This document shows positions 24,001-39,000 of a DNA stretch of 64,000 nucleotides, piece after piece. Each line of letters starts with the position of its first letter. The stretch's first letter is position 1. The stretch covers positions 7,368,201 to 7,432,200 of the forward strand of contig NC_092670.1 of NCBI RefSeq assembly GCF_964355755.1, given 5' to 3'. This DNA comes from Antedon mediterranea (Eukaryota; Animalia; Echinodermata). The position numbers and the translations under genes are program-made. The notes under the pieces were generated by a model. It was not told the DNA's origin and did no database searches. It saw only the letters and a list, made by a program, of their open reading frames with translations.

Positions 24001-27000
24001 GAAAAAAATGTAATTCCAATACAGTGTGCTTTCCCATGGAAGCCATGGTTCTCTAAAATTGATGAAGATCTTAAAAGTCTGAACTACTTCCCTCACTCTT
24101 CCTACCTCACGAACTATAGTCTATCATCGTCAACATATGTAAATGTAAAATAAACCTTTCTATTTGGCGTAAGATTTGCAGCAGGTATTTGTAAAGTAAC
24201 ATGGAATTCTGTTTGTTTCGTCATTTCTTCACTTAAGAAGTTAGCTTCTCTTGCTAATGCGTTTGCCTTCAAAACATCTTCTTTTAGTTTAGCTAGACAC
24301 TGTTTGAATTCATCCTCTCTGTAGAAAATACAACAAGTTTAAAATACAGTATAATCAATCTTTTGTCATTTCCTATTCAGAGACACCCCTATAACAAGGA
24401 CACTTTGCCTAAAAGAAACGAGGGGAAATACAGCTGCAGGTATATCTTAACAATATTTATTGCTGTCCTAAGTATCGTAGTACTGGTGGATCAAAAAAAA
24501 TTGAACGTACAAAAGTAAAAAATAATATAAGTATAGTCAACAAATAGTTATTAGGACACCACTATCAGTTGAGCCAATTGTCAATCTTTCATAATTTTTA
24601 TATCTCAGCTGGGCTGTTTTCAATGTACCTTTTTCTATTCCAGTATTTAAGTATACTACAAAAAATAGATGAAATGGTTGGAAAGTAGATGAACGTCATC
24701 ATTATGAACATTGGCTGCACATAACAGTATCTACAATTTCATTATGGTATTGTGAAATCTTTTTACTATTACCGCAATTTCTAGAATTTCTTGTAATTTT
24801 GAAACTTTAATGCTACATTGTGATATTACTAATTGCAAAAAATTACCTAGCATCTGCCCATCTGTCCTCCATTGATGAGTTAGCCTCACTTCCTCCTTCA
24901 CTACTGCTAGGGCTGCTACACCTCTCAAGGCTTGAGCTATCTTCTGATCTATGTACTTTGGGCTGTAGTTGTTTTCTTAAGCTTTCTAACTGTTGTTCGT
25001 ACATCTGACGCTGTTTTTCTAAGGCACCATCTTTATCTTTTTTGTGTTGATCTTCTAGAAGTGTCATAGCTGCTTGAATGGGGTCTATCAGTGGATAATT
25101 TTAACAAACAGAATTGAAAATTTATAAAGTATTCCATAATAAAATGGACTTTAAAACTATCAATTCGTAATATTTCTTCCAGCAATAACATTAGTAAACT
25201 TAATCAAGTTTGCGGGACCTAACCAGGTACCCATTTTATACCCATATATTTGTGATTATTTGCCATGTCAACTTTTAAACAACAATAAATAGTATTGCTT
25301 TGATTTAAGTGGTTGTTTTCATTTTCCCCAACAAAAAGAATATCTTAATAGTTGATGTGTTTTTCCAATACATAAAAACCCTGCATCTCTATCAACTTTC
25401 AATGTTGGTCTCATACCTTATTTAAAACTGTTCTTAATTCTATGGATAGATAAGGCGACCTCAGTAGTTTGCATTTCACAATTCTCATACATTTTGACTA
25501 CTTATAAATTGGCGAATTCTAATATACATTACCATTCTCTAGTTCCTGCATCATGACCTCATTCTGAGCATAATTGAAGTCATACTGAGTATTCTTTGTC
25601 TCAGGTTCTGGTGTGCTGCCACCACTTGATCCTATTATTGAAAGATAATTTGCATACAGGTGGTTAACATAGATGAATCAATATATTCATTCATTATTCA
25701 AGATTTATTTTTAATTTACTGTGTATGTTACATAGTTGTTTATAGTATGTATGAATATTAACTCAGTGTGTGTAGTAAAAAATGTAGTTAACCCATTGTC
25801 TTTTTAACCTTATATAGCGCACACTTCTATAACTCATAATAAATGGCACAAATTTACACTGTCATAATATTGGTTGAAATAAAAAGTATTTTATAAACTG
25901 ATTTAAGATGTTCAAAATTATTTCAATTTCATGGTTTAGCCAGGTCAGCAAAATAACTGCTAATTTGAAGCAAAATAAAAATGCACAAAACCAGTATAAC
26001 AGCAATAGCAATGATTTTCATTATGGAGGCCCTAACATACTTTTTAATCAGTTATTCCTCTCAGTGAAAACAGGCCCTAAGGCTCTGTCTACACTATCAA
26101 ACTAATTTGACAAAAAAGTGTGATGTGCCCAAATATGGGCAAATCACATTTTTTTGTTACAAAAAGTTTGATAGTGTAAACATAGCCCAAATCTAAATTC
26201 AGTTAGCTTACACTGTAAACACTATAAATGTCACCTTTAAACTTACCTACACCAGGAGATCGTGGACAGTTAATACGGAAGAAATGGTTGTTACCCCACA
26301 GTATTCTGTCACCATGCCGTAAGGCTGTCCTTTTCTTTATTATCACCCCATTCACACAGGTTCTGAAGTTATAAATAATAATAAATAATAAAATATTATA
26401 TTAATTATAGGTAAAATCATCACTGGCTGTAAGTTCCTAAATATCTCAGATATTCTAATTAATAATTACACCAGTGAAGGAATCTTTTATGTCCATAGAT
26501 GTCTGGCTTTGGTATTTTAACCAAATTGCAGCAAATGGGTCTGTACAGAGGGGAGGCTGCTCCCACATTAGTAAGTATCCTACAACATAATCCTTACATA
26601 CAATAGTACACCATGATGTAATCCTTATGTCTATAGATGGCTGGCTTTGACATTGGCATTTCTGACCTGAATGCAACATATTGCATTTAATTGATTTATT
26701 CTCATTTGACAAGGGCACACTATTGTTTATTATAAATCATTGGCTTTCCAGCTTGCAGTTTTTAATATGAGATATGATAAATATATTACTGAATAGATAT
26801 TGCACAAGACCACAATATTTTATACAAACTAGTATAACATATGCTATATTATATTATTTAGTAAAGTATATCATGGAAAAACCTATCTAACCTGTATAAA
26901 TATTGTTATCACAGAAAAAAGATAAATATTTTTTTCTGTGATTGAATAAACGGATTCTTTCATAAAAATGTACCACCAAATGCAGTCGTTTATTTCAATC

Positions 27001-30000
27001 ATTTGGTATACTCACTGAACAAGTGTATCAACTGTTCATCATCAGAGACTGATGGAAGAATGGAAGGGAATCCAATTATAGCATTTAAGAAGGAATAAGT
27101 TTGAGACCTGTCTGTGACATCATGTTTAATAATCACCTTGCATTTTGTAATGGTGTAATAGACACATCCGTATGGTTATGTATGTCAATAATACAATGCT
27201 GGGGACTGATTCCTAGGCCACTTAGTTGTATGTCCTGCCCAGGCCTAGTTTCAGGCCTACCAACTAGTGTGTGCTCCTATAGGAGAAAGAAAATACCTCA
27301 ATTCAGTTATAATATGGGAGACGTTATGACATCAAATTTAGTACTAAATATTCAAGCAGACTTACAAGAATCTATACAATAAGATAGAGTTTGTACCATT
27401 GTCCACTATGCAAATGTATGGTATTGAATGAGGTATCAACATGATCAGAATTGTACTAGGAAGGTTTTAAAACTATATTTGAAACTTGCCCTGGGGCTTT
27501 TGACCCAAAAAATTTGGAGGGTACAAAAACTGATCCTTTGGGACTTTGTAGTGACCTTTCAGAAAAAAAAAGAATTTTATCAGAATTTTGTGAAAATTGT
27601 TATCTGGTGGAATTCTGCTTTTTATCAGCATGTTCTGTGTCACCTTTTGTAAACACAGCCACAGTCACAGTCACAATGTAACCAAATTAGGAATGTATGT
27701 TGGATAAAAAATAAACAAATACATTCATTATTACCTTAAGGTAATATACCAAGAGTTCATTGAGCGAAGGGTCAGCATTTAGATTCACCAGGAAACATTT
27801 GTTGCGTTCAACTTTGATACCAGAAGCCTGCACAGAGATTCCCATTTGTTCCAAGGCATGTTGCCTCTCCTATTACAAAGCATTAAACAATATATTTAGA
27901 TTTAATAGGATTCCTTTATGTACTGGAAAACAGTCCTACCTACAGCATAAACATTGTGCGAAAGTTACAATTCAATTGATGATTCTATGTTTCAACACAT
28001 CAAACAACAAGTAGTACGTTCAAATTACAAGATGGATAAACTACACCAAGTTTATAAAGTTCCATTTGAGGTTTAGAGAGAGGATTAGACACAGATGTAA
28101 TTAGCTATGACTTTACATCAGGATTGAACCCTAGCAAGCTACACCTCCACGAATCATGAAGCCCTATTTATCATATTACCTTGTGTATTCGTTCTGTTTT
28201 TGTTAATTTCTCCTCCCAAGTTACTGTCATATGTTCCATCAATTTTTCCGATTCTTGTAGTCTTTCTTTTAGATGATCTGCCTTTAGACTCTATAAAAGT
28301 ATTAAAATAATTTTTTTATAATCGGATTTATACAGCTGTGTGCACTTAAAAGGACTATGTGTATATCTTCCAGAAAGTGGGGGTTGGGGGGCTCCTAGTG
28401 TTTCAGCCCAGAAGACAGGATCTTGAAATATGCTAATCATGCAATCCTATAGTAATAGTTAGTACGTCATTTTTGTATGATCATTTTAATCATTGAATAT
28501 GAAGGCTAGTAGTTACCTCTGCTTTCTTTAGTTGTTTTTTAAGCATATCAACCTCTTCTCGTAACTCGCGTATAATCTAAAGTAAAAAACACATATATCA
28601 TTACAAAAATATTTTTGTTTGATTTCATATTTGGTATAGTAAAGCATGTTTTTTTTTTTTTTTCTTTTGGTAGGAAGCTGAATGCAAGTTCAACACATAT
28701 TTCCTCTCTAATTTTCTGCAAAAAAGTGTCTTCATTAATAGAGGCATTGATTGACTGCATAAAGATTTCCTAAAATAGTATTCAACTATCAACTATTCTA
28801 TTCAGGAAACAAAATCATAAACACATATTCATTTCATCTTTAATTATATGAGTCATTTTCCAGTAAATAATAATTGTCACCTTTGCATTTGGATCTTCGT
28901 TGATAACGGCATGATTAACGATTCTTTTGGCACGGTCGGCATAACGTAAAGTTGATAATGTCTCTTCATAATTATCGCCTGAGGGGCTAATGGTTGCGAT
29001 CATAACTGTCTTACTGTTTCCTCCTAAACTGTCCTGCAGGCAAAAGAATATAATGATGCAAAATTCAGGAAAGATAATCTATCACACAGCTATTAAAGGG
29101 AATGAATATGTGTTATTTGAAACCACAAAAGCACACTGCAAAACTATTAAAGGTGATTAAAACTTGAGAATACAACAATACAGTTTATAGATTATAGAGT
29201 TATAATATCTTCACATTACAAGCTTCTCAATTACAAACACTCTACATTACAATCCCTATTTGTTTATACTGATCATGTATATAAAATGATGTTTTGTGGC
29301 AACAGCTGAAATTATTTTCAAACAGTCAAATACAAGTCCTTAGAGAGACATTGTGTTCACTGGGATCTGCCGCCATTGGCTTCCTGAGAAGACTTGATAT
29401 TAATTTTATTATAAAAATATGAAATTAAAACACGAATAATAAATTTTGTTTATGACAGAGGTGTAGGCAATTAAAGGATTAAATCATTGTTAGTTTAAAA
29501 CTAGAAATTAGAAATGTCTCTCTACGGCAGCCACAATGTAGTATCTACCATGATAAACTAACTGGCAGTCCTTTATTTTTTAATATTGTACCAAGTTAGA
29601 TTTATCAATGATATGTGCATTGTGTACACATGGGACCAATGACTTTATATCTTATCCAGAGGACAAGGAATTGAGAGTATTTTGGCTATAGAGGATGCAA
29701 TAATGGTGAAGATCGGTCTCAAACAAAAGCATCTCACATGCTACTTATAGCTCTAAGGCCCATCCCAAGGACAATTGGGCAATGAAAATATAGCTTGTGC
29801 CTATATGGATACAAGAAAAATACTCTCACAATCACATAGTCATATATTATGATACCTCATTATAATGATATCTTATTATGATATCCCAACCCATTAATGA
29901 TATACCAATATCATGATATACCGATATCATGATCATGATACCCCATATGATGACATTTAGTTGTTATTTTACCTTTAACAGCCATGTGAGTACTGAATCT

Positions 30001-33000
30001 CTGTATGGAACAAAGTTGCTTTTTCTTTTTCCTGCAGCCTGTTCTGCTAAAGCAGAAATCACCAAGCCTAGAGTTGTTAGTGATCTAAAAAGGAAGTCCA
30101 AAAAGTTATTGTTTAGGTACAAATAATTTATTGTTAATTATGCTGACAGAATACGAGATTTAAATGTTACATCATCACATGATATTTGATGAATGTTATA
30201 CTGTCAAAGGTCTAAAAGCAGGACATAAAGTAACTCAAGATTTTATATTTGTAAATTTATTATTACATATTTGTGGCGCCATACTATGATTGCCATTGGG
30301 ATTATTTTGTTTCTATAATCAGCACTCTACTACAACCAGAATTGTCTTTCTTTTGCAGTATACACCAATGTTACCAGGATGTACGACACCTCTTTTACTA
30401 ACAAAATTGGTTTCAACAAAAGGGGCTTTATATAAAAAATGGACGTAGATCATTTTACCTGTTAATGTTGCTTCCCTCCTTAAGACGATCTCCTGTTGAC
30501 CCAGTCTTTGACACCCTCTCACTACCTGCAAGATCCACCAGGCTTATCTTGCTTACCTTTTCGCCAGATACCTAATGATAAATAATATACATACATATAA
30601 AAATTAAGCTATATAATAATGCAGTACCAGTGTTGTCAAAACGAGTGTGTTTGACCTGAATTTGACCTTAACTTTGATGATCAACTTCATTAAGCTTACA
30701 ATCTTGGATTCAAGTTCAACATTAACATAGTAAGGCAGCAGGTTCACACTACATGAGTAAGATGATCACGATCAACTGTGAAAGTGAACTTATAGCTATA
30801 GTACTGAAGTATTAATTTTATAGTGAAAGTTTATTATTTTAGAATCAATGCAAACTAAAACATACATTATTAAATAAAATAAAATAAAATAAAAAATAAA
30901 ATAAAATAAAAAATAAAATAAAATTAAAAAATATATCAAATAAAACAAATATTGTGCACAGTAAATATGTTTATTAGGTTTTAATATTCATAATTAATCT
31001 ATCAGATTACAAACGAAAAATGCACTTTGAAAATGAAAATGGTACCCAGCATAAAAAAAACTCCTAAAACATGGTTTAAAAACCGAAAAATAAGCAAAGA
31101 AATACACCAAAGAATAGAAAATTTAGGAATGAGAATATTTACTATGCAAAAAGTAATTTTGATTAAGCTTGTGATTGAGGAATAATTTAATGTAAAGTAA
31201 AAAATATCCAAGGTATTCATAATTCTTTCTTCTGGGGGAAGAGGGCATCTCTAAGAATGGAGACTAAAAATCTCACCCCGATGAGCACTATGAAAAACCC
31301 AGATGAAAATAAGAGAAGAGAGAAGATTCACTTAAAACATAAATTATTAGCTCTATTAAGTAAATTGGCATTACGTATATAAATGTATAAAATAAATTAT
31401 AATAATGAATGCAAAGGTGAAAATAACACACCAAATACATGTCAAATAGAATAATATTACAAGTAAAATAAAGATGTGTATGTATCTAAACTGAATATTA
31501 TATTATTATTATATTAATGTATAAAAAAATCATTATTATTATTTGATATTATTTAAAGATTTTGAAAGTATAAAAATCCATCAAATTTGATTTTCAAATT
31601 TAAAAACTGTCATTGTACAAGAACTAAAAGGAAACAGCATAGCAACGTTCATTATAAATAAACGACACATAAAATATTAGGATGTTCTGTTGCGTGACTT
31701 TTGAGTATTAATAGATTGAATATAAAAGCAGATTTGCTTGCTAAAATGCCTTTTTAATCATTTCTACGTTTTATTACATTAAAATGATTGTTCTCTTATA
31801 AACCAAGGCTGAATATAAATGTGCAGTGGTTTAGCAACTAAGTTCAATAGGGTTTCCATGGAGCCTGAAAAACCACAAGAGCTCTTATGGGGAGCGCTGA
31901 ATGAGGCATTGGGGAAACTTTTTTAGACCAACATGTATTGTAGGCACTGTATACTGTACTATAAACAAGAGATACTCTATAAAACAAAACACTCAACATT
32001 AGTGCAGGGGTTCTCAACGAGTGCAATCCCTAATGTCTGTACTGCAGGATTTAAAACTAAAAGAAATAAGGAGAATTGAATAGATTTTCTGATTTTCTGA
32101 CATGAAATCAGGCCTATAGACAGTAAAAAATGTTAAAACAACCAGAGAGAGACATCACTGTATGATGAAAAACTTTATTAAAATGTTGAATGTAAAACAG
32201 CAAATGTCATTGATATAAATTATAACATTGTACTGTACTATACAGTATAATTTTTTTTTAAATTAATGAAATATCATTTACATAAATATTATTTGTACAT
32301 GTATTTGTATTTGGTGTAATAAATGTTTGTTAATTTGAATTTGTCAAAGTTGTTTATAGTTTTGTTTTAAATAAACTCAGCTTTTTAATGTTTTATGATA
32401 ATAATTGTGCAAGTATAAGACTTGTGAAAAAGGCATGCTGTATTGAGTTTATCTTTAGCGGCATGATAAAAAATAAGATATTAAAATTGACTAAAGGAGA
32501 ATTACAAATACAATCCATTCTGTATAGAACCAGAAATGTGTTACTGTACCCTACATCATTCTTTCAACAACTGCTACAATTTATTAATTACAGTATTTAA
32601 ATTAAGTGACCGGAATAAATTTAAAATAAATTGAATAATTCCTAGAAATTTAATCATCATAAGTACAGGATATGACAATAGGCACAACTTAAAAATTGTT
32701 ATTTTACTTATTAATATTAGTCATAGAATATTAACAAAACTAACTGCATATTTTAAAAAAAATTTAAAATAATTTAAAATAATATTTATTGAAAATTTGA
32801 ACAATATTTTTTTTAAATATTTATTTTATTGTGACATTTCATGCATTTACTCAAAATATGCAATGTCATTGTAAAAAATGCTAGACACAACAAAATTAAT
32901 ATGTTATGTTATTAGAAATTATAATAAATATAGTCAAATTCTATTGTAGCTTGGCTATTTTTTTAAAAATTTTAATTCATTTGTAATTAACTGATGGAAT

Positions 33001-36000
33001 TTTCCTCAAACATCTGTTTTCAAAACATATTATTTTTTTTCCTGTTGAGTCTGACAATTATAATATTAATGTGAAATCTTAAATCAAATATGTAAATTAA
33101 AAAATAATTGTGTAATATCATTGTAAAAAAAAAACAGCAGACATGCATTTAATATTGATAGAATTTAGAAGCTTACCGCCGAGACAACTTCACCATTGTC
33201 CTGGAAATAAGACCAATGAGAGAATAAGTAGTAACGGCCTACAGTACTGTACATACTGTATAATCTAGGGACTTTATGCATCAGGCACCCAATTCCTGGT
33301 ACTTACTACAGACTACTAGATTTCTTTAGTATCATAGGAAAATTCCATAATACAGTACATCATGTATGTTTCACATGTATTGCCATCATCCAGACCATAA
33401 CCTCACCCTTAATCTAACCTTACATGTCAATACATGTGCCAAGTGATATAACATGAGATGCTGTATACCAAAAATGTTCCTATGATGCTGGGAAAATATT
33501 GTTGTACTGTAGGTGCAGATACAGCTTTTGTATTCATCAGAGCGTGACATGTCATTCCCTCTTGCCTTAGCAAGTAAGCAAATAAGGATTACGGTATGTA
33601 ACATTTAAGAATCTTGGCGTTTCGACTGCAAATATGTAACTTATCGCTCCTAGAAATGTGCCATAAAAAGTGTGAATTGAAGTCACTCTGCACCTCCAGT
33701 CCTGATGCATAAAGTCCCTTATATTTTCATGCTAGATATGCTACACATTGCCTCATTTACACTTTATTACTACTTGGCCTTTTGGAGAGTACTCTTCAGT
33801 ACATGTTAAATGTCATTATATCTCCTCCATTCAATTTGTACAATATTCTAGACCATTCACAGGATTATTAGTCTTTAAAGACAGAAATTTATATGAAAAC
33901 TGAATCATAAAAATTTATGTTTACCGTAATTTTAAAATGTCATTTCTTAAACTCATGGTAGACAAAAGAAAGCCATTAAAATGTTCACTTATCATTACTC
34001 AGTATGTTTACTGTTTGTTTAAAAAAATTTTTTTTATTTTATTAATATGATTCATTCATTAGAAAAAAAAATGTTTTGCTATAGTGCCGAATTTGGGCCA
34101 GACCAAATCATAAAGTGTAAGTGTAAATGGGGTGCATGTCTAATAAAGAGAATCCTATTTAAACAACATGCTATCTATATATCCCTGATGCTATGTATAT
34201 ATTAATACTACTGTAAGTACTAACGATTGTTTAAAATATGAATGAAAATATGAAAACAGATAAGAAAATGTTTCAGGGTGAGGAGGAAGGTATATGTGGT
34301 GATAAAAAGTTAATATAAATATACTGTGTATATATTTTGCTTTACATACAGTATTGAAAAAATGTAATAAGATTTAAATGGAAACATTTTGGCTACAAAC
34401 AATATGGAAAATAGAAAAATAATTTGTATAAAAAGGCATAGGGTGCATCGCTTTATCATTTCAGTATCCTTTAATACAGATTTTCTACTGTGTGTTAGAT
34501 TCTAATGTTTTGAAATTTGATTTTTATATCGAGTTTAGTAAATGTAATTAAAACATCATAAAAATAGCAAACCACTTTTTATTATAATGCTCATCGTAAT
34601 GTTTAAGGTGAAATAAACTGGTGGCATGCGTGCCACGATAATTTCTAAATAAACAATTGAATATTTACTTTAAATTCTGCATAAATTGTAGTAGCTAGAA
34701 ATTAAAATAACATTGTCCATTGACAGAATTTTGATTTTGAAGTTTATAACCTTGATTGATGGTACAAATCCATAACACAGTGTAAAATATTATACTAAAA
34801 CTATTTTATTCAATGATTGTACTAATTGATTGTACTACTAATTACAGTCACTTTATAAGTAGAAATAGTTCCGAAGTAATTATACTTAGGTAAAAGTTAA
34901 ATTCAATTAAATTGGAGTTAGGTGTTCCTGGAATTATAAAAATGGAATTCAGCTTGTTAAATTTTTAACGAATACAGATCCTAAAAGGAGAATGGTCTTT
35001 TCCTGAAAGGAGGAGAGAAATACTGTATGTTTAACAGTCAACCTGTAACTCTATCCATTCTATTAAGTCCCAAATGTGTCCCCTTAATAGAGGTTTTAAT
35101 TGATTTAATAATAATTACTGTAGATTGAAAATAATGCACTGTATTGAGAATATGTATTGTAATTTTTAATTTTTTTAAACCAAAATAACTGAAATCGTAT
35201 GATTGAAGGAACTTACATTTGTCTCAATATCAAGAAGAGTTTGCGTAAGAGTGATATTGAAGACGGCGTGAGATCGGCTACTCTCGTGGTTCATGTTTGT
35301 GGCAGCTACTGTTCTGGATTTGTTTCCCTCGGACATCAAAGATTCGATATCCTGTAAAGAAATATATATAAAAAACATTTCAGCACACCAACCATCTGGA
35401 AACATTCTCATTAAAAAATGCTGATTAGTTTTTTTTTTAGTAAATCTAAATTGGAGAAGTACGGTTTTTTAGTACATTTTTGGCTATACCATCTTAGTTC
35501 TTGGTGTGATAAACACTATTGCATTTCAAATGAAGCTATTATTTTTTCTATCATCAGGGCAAGAATAATCCTGGACTTTTCCAATGGTAAGATCAATTAT
35601 ATACAAGTTTCAAAATATTATATTTCTATGAATGAAGTGTTGGGTTATAATTATATCCTATTGTTAAAGTCTCCAGATTGCTAGCATAAAATCATAGCTC
35701 TAGAAATGTTAACTAACACTGCACACTGTATTTAGGTTGTCACAAACAAGCAATGACACTCCTATTTTTTAATACATTATTACATTTTTATTTTTTGTCA
35801 TTTTAAACATAGCTACAAGTCTAAAGAATGGAAAGGGTTAACATCTATAGTAACTTATACTGTATGTGTGGACATTATTGGATTGTCATATTGTGCTTAT
35901 AAATGTAAACACACTGTTTAGCACACTGCTGTTTTAACACACTGATTACTAGAGACATTGAACGTGTACAATACTGTACATGGCTGAAAAGGCTTAGCAA

Positions 36001-39000
36001 TGACAAATGAATGACTATAATAGGTTCTATAAACATGCGTTGTTTATGCTCTTACTGGTGAATATTAGCGGTGGTTCAAGGGCAAAGAGAATTATCAATA
36101 TTGTTGAAAACCTTTGCATTATATTACATGTATGCATATTTAATAATCCTACTGTTAATGTATGTAAAATCTAGTGTAGTACAAAAACTGAATTTTTTTA
36201 ATATTTTGTCATTTTAAAGTACTGTACATAAAGCTATTTTAACCAAGCGTTTTAACCAATGACAAGCGAAGTTATAGACAGTTAGCAATCACAAGCGAAT
36301 AAGCCATCGCTTGTGATTGGTCAATTCGCTTGCGTTGCGTTTACGTCCTTGCGTTACGTTCTAGTGGGAACCAAGCTTTAGAGTGGACCCAAGACATGCC
36401 TTACTACGCTTTTAGCTTTTGTAATAAAAGCGTTGTACGACTATAATTACTGTAAGTTTTATGAAATCATGTCAAGTGTTTATATAGGCATATTTTTAAT
36501 ATAACAATTAATATGTGTTAGTATAAGAAAATTGGAGTTTATTTATAGATATAAGGAAGAAAAGCAAAGAGATTATAGAATGTGCTATTCCTGAATATAC
36601 CATACTAAAGTATCGTAAGTTTAAAACTCATTTCTACTGTTAAATCTCTTTATACTGATAGAAACCTATCCACTCAGTTTAGCTTGTTTTAAGATTATTG
36701 TTAAAATGTTCTGTGGATTCGTAGTGTTCACAATTATGCTGTTGTAAAATAAATTAATGTTTTCCAAATGTTCAAACACAGCGCAAGTCAGTTTGTATAA
36801 ATGATGAAATATTTTATTCAACACTACTCAACACCTAACTATACTTATCTTTCTACTACTACTTTAACCGCCTGAAAGGTATAAAATATTTCTTTACAGT
36901 TTGATTGTGTGTACTGTTAGCACTCAACATAAACAGAAACCTGTCTGCAATTTATGCAAATTAGCGAGCAGTAAATGGATCGAACATAAATACATATTAG
37001 ATTTTGATTATTTTAAAGGATTAATTTTCAATATTCACAAAATTATTAAAACAGTTTTTTAAAGGGTTCTACTAAAATTAATCTTTATTAAATGTAAAAT
37101 AAATTTTTATGTTATTGTTTTTTTCTTTTTTTTTTTATCTTTTTCATGGAGGAAAATTAAAATAAGACAAAAAGACATTACAGCCTTGTCAGGGAAAAAA
37201 ACTTCAATTTGTGTACTGTGCAACTCTCCCATGCTACACTTTCATCTGGGTTTTGGTCTTCCTTGGTCCTGTGAGACCGTTCTTCTTTGTCAGTCTGTTT
37301 TTATTGTTCTGGCAAAGTGTCCTGAACATCTTCATATCTTGATTGCTACTTGCTGCATGATGCATTGAACCCTTGTTTGATCTCTATCCACCTATCAGTT
37401 TTTATTCTTAATATATCTTTAATAGTATATTTGAAAACAGCATTGGCAATTGAACGCTACCAGGGATACCTTAAATACCATTAGTACTTACTACTGTATA
37501 GCTAGCTATACTGACAGGTATGTCATAACATTTAAAAACGTGATGCTAATAACAAGATGAAAAATTAATGAGTATTAAAAGCAACTGGTATTTACTACCA
37601 GCTGTTTAATATCAAGGCCATTGAAATAGATTCATATTGAATAAACGATGACACGCAAACCTCTTTCATCTTTCATATACTAAACATCATAAATATTTAG
37701 CAATATATTCTGTCAAAGAACAGATGAGAGATAACGGTGATTGTTCCTTGTTGACAGAAATTGTCACGACTGTTGAAAATGAAATCTTTGTCAGCATCGG
37801 AAGATTAGTGGGTTTCTGCTTGCTTTGATATTTGAAGTATATATGATGTTGCCTGAATGTATTAACAGTGATATTTGAATATGTAGGCTGTGTATTACGA
37901 AATGTTTAAGCATGTCTATGACATGCTAGTATTCTTCTTTTACATCACTTTGACTTTAATCTCGTAACACCAGTATTCCTAGATGGACTCACTTCCAAGA
38001 ACGCAACCAGGCCCAACATTTGACAATGTTTGGCTGTATATCTGATGACTTTAGAATTTTCTTTTTAAACATCTCAAGCAAGATTTTACAATATACTTTC
38101 ACTCATTGACAGTTTAAACCAAAATAATAATACTATTTAGTTCTATGCTCCCTGACACATTAGCTGAAGACATGATTCTTGGAATATAAAATTAATATGA
38201 ACAGGGGTGTAAATAATGACATTTTTCTAGGTTTAATATCTCTCATTTCAAGAAGTATGGGCTATTGTTGGTTTATCCGAATAAAGCTTCTGCAATTTTG
38301 AATTTTTTTTAAATAATAATATAATAGTAATAATCCTGTATTTTGCAACCTACATCACGTTTGCTAATTTCGTTCAATGTTAATAATAATCAACATTATG
38401 TACTGCAGAACACGCATCAAAATTAAACTGATGGATTTATATTCATAATCTGCAAAACCTTCAGGCGTTAAAGGATATTGAATGTTACATCCAATTGCAA
38501 TGTACATAGCGCATCAAGACAGAGAAATAGAACCTGACCTTTCAACCACTGTGAAGTACACATTGAATATGAAAAAATCATACAGTACTGTACAGTGTGC
38601 AAATACTCTCTTTGAAACCATGTGATAGATTGAAATAACACTTTATTACAAATAGGAAGAGGAATTGCTGTTTTTGGTTTACAGGTTTTATCTATGTATA
38701 TTATTACAGATCCTGTGAATCATGACAATATAACTGAGCAATGGCAATTGTTAAGAGGTTTTTATTTTTAGAGCCTCAACGAATCAACACAAAAGTGGCT
38801 AAAACTACACTAGTCCTGCTCTTTGTTTTACTTTACTACTGTAGCCCAGGCAATGCAAACTTGAAATCATTAAGTTTAAGTACTGTACATGACTTCCTGT
38901 GTTATGTACTCTGACAATTGTACCGCAATAATGCAACGTGTTATATAATTTTAAAAATTCAAAATCAATTTGTTCTTTGTATTAGAATCAATATTTAGAT

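Noticed and set aside
29840-29955. Degenerate ATGATA-rich short repeats beside exon 10
   Set aside because: Ordinary decayed minisatellite with no further signal.
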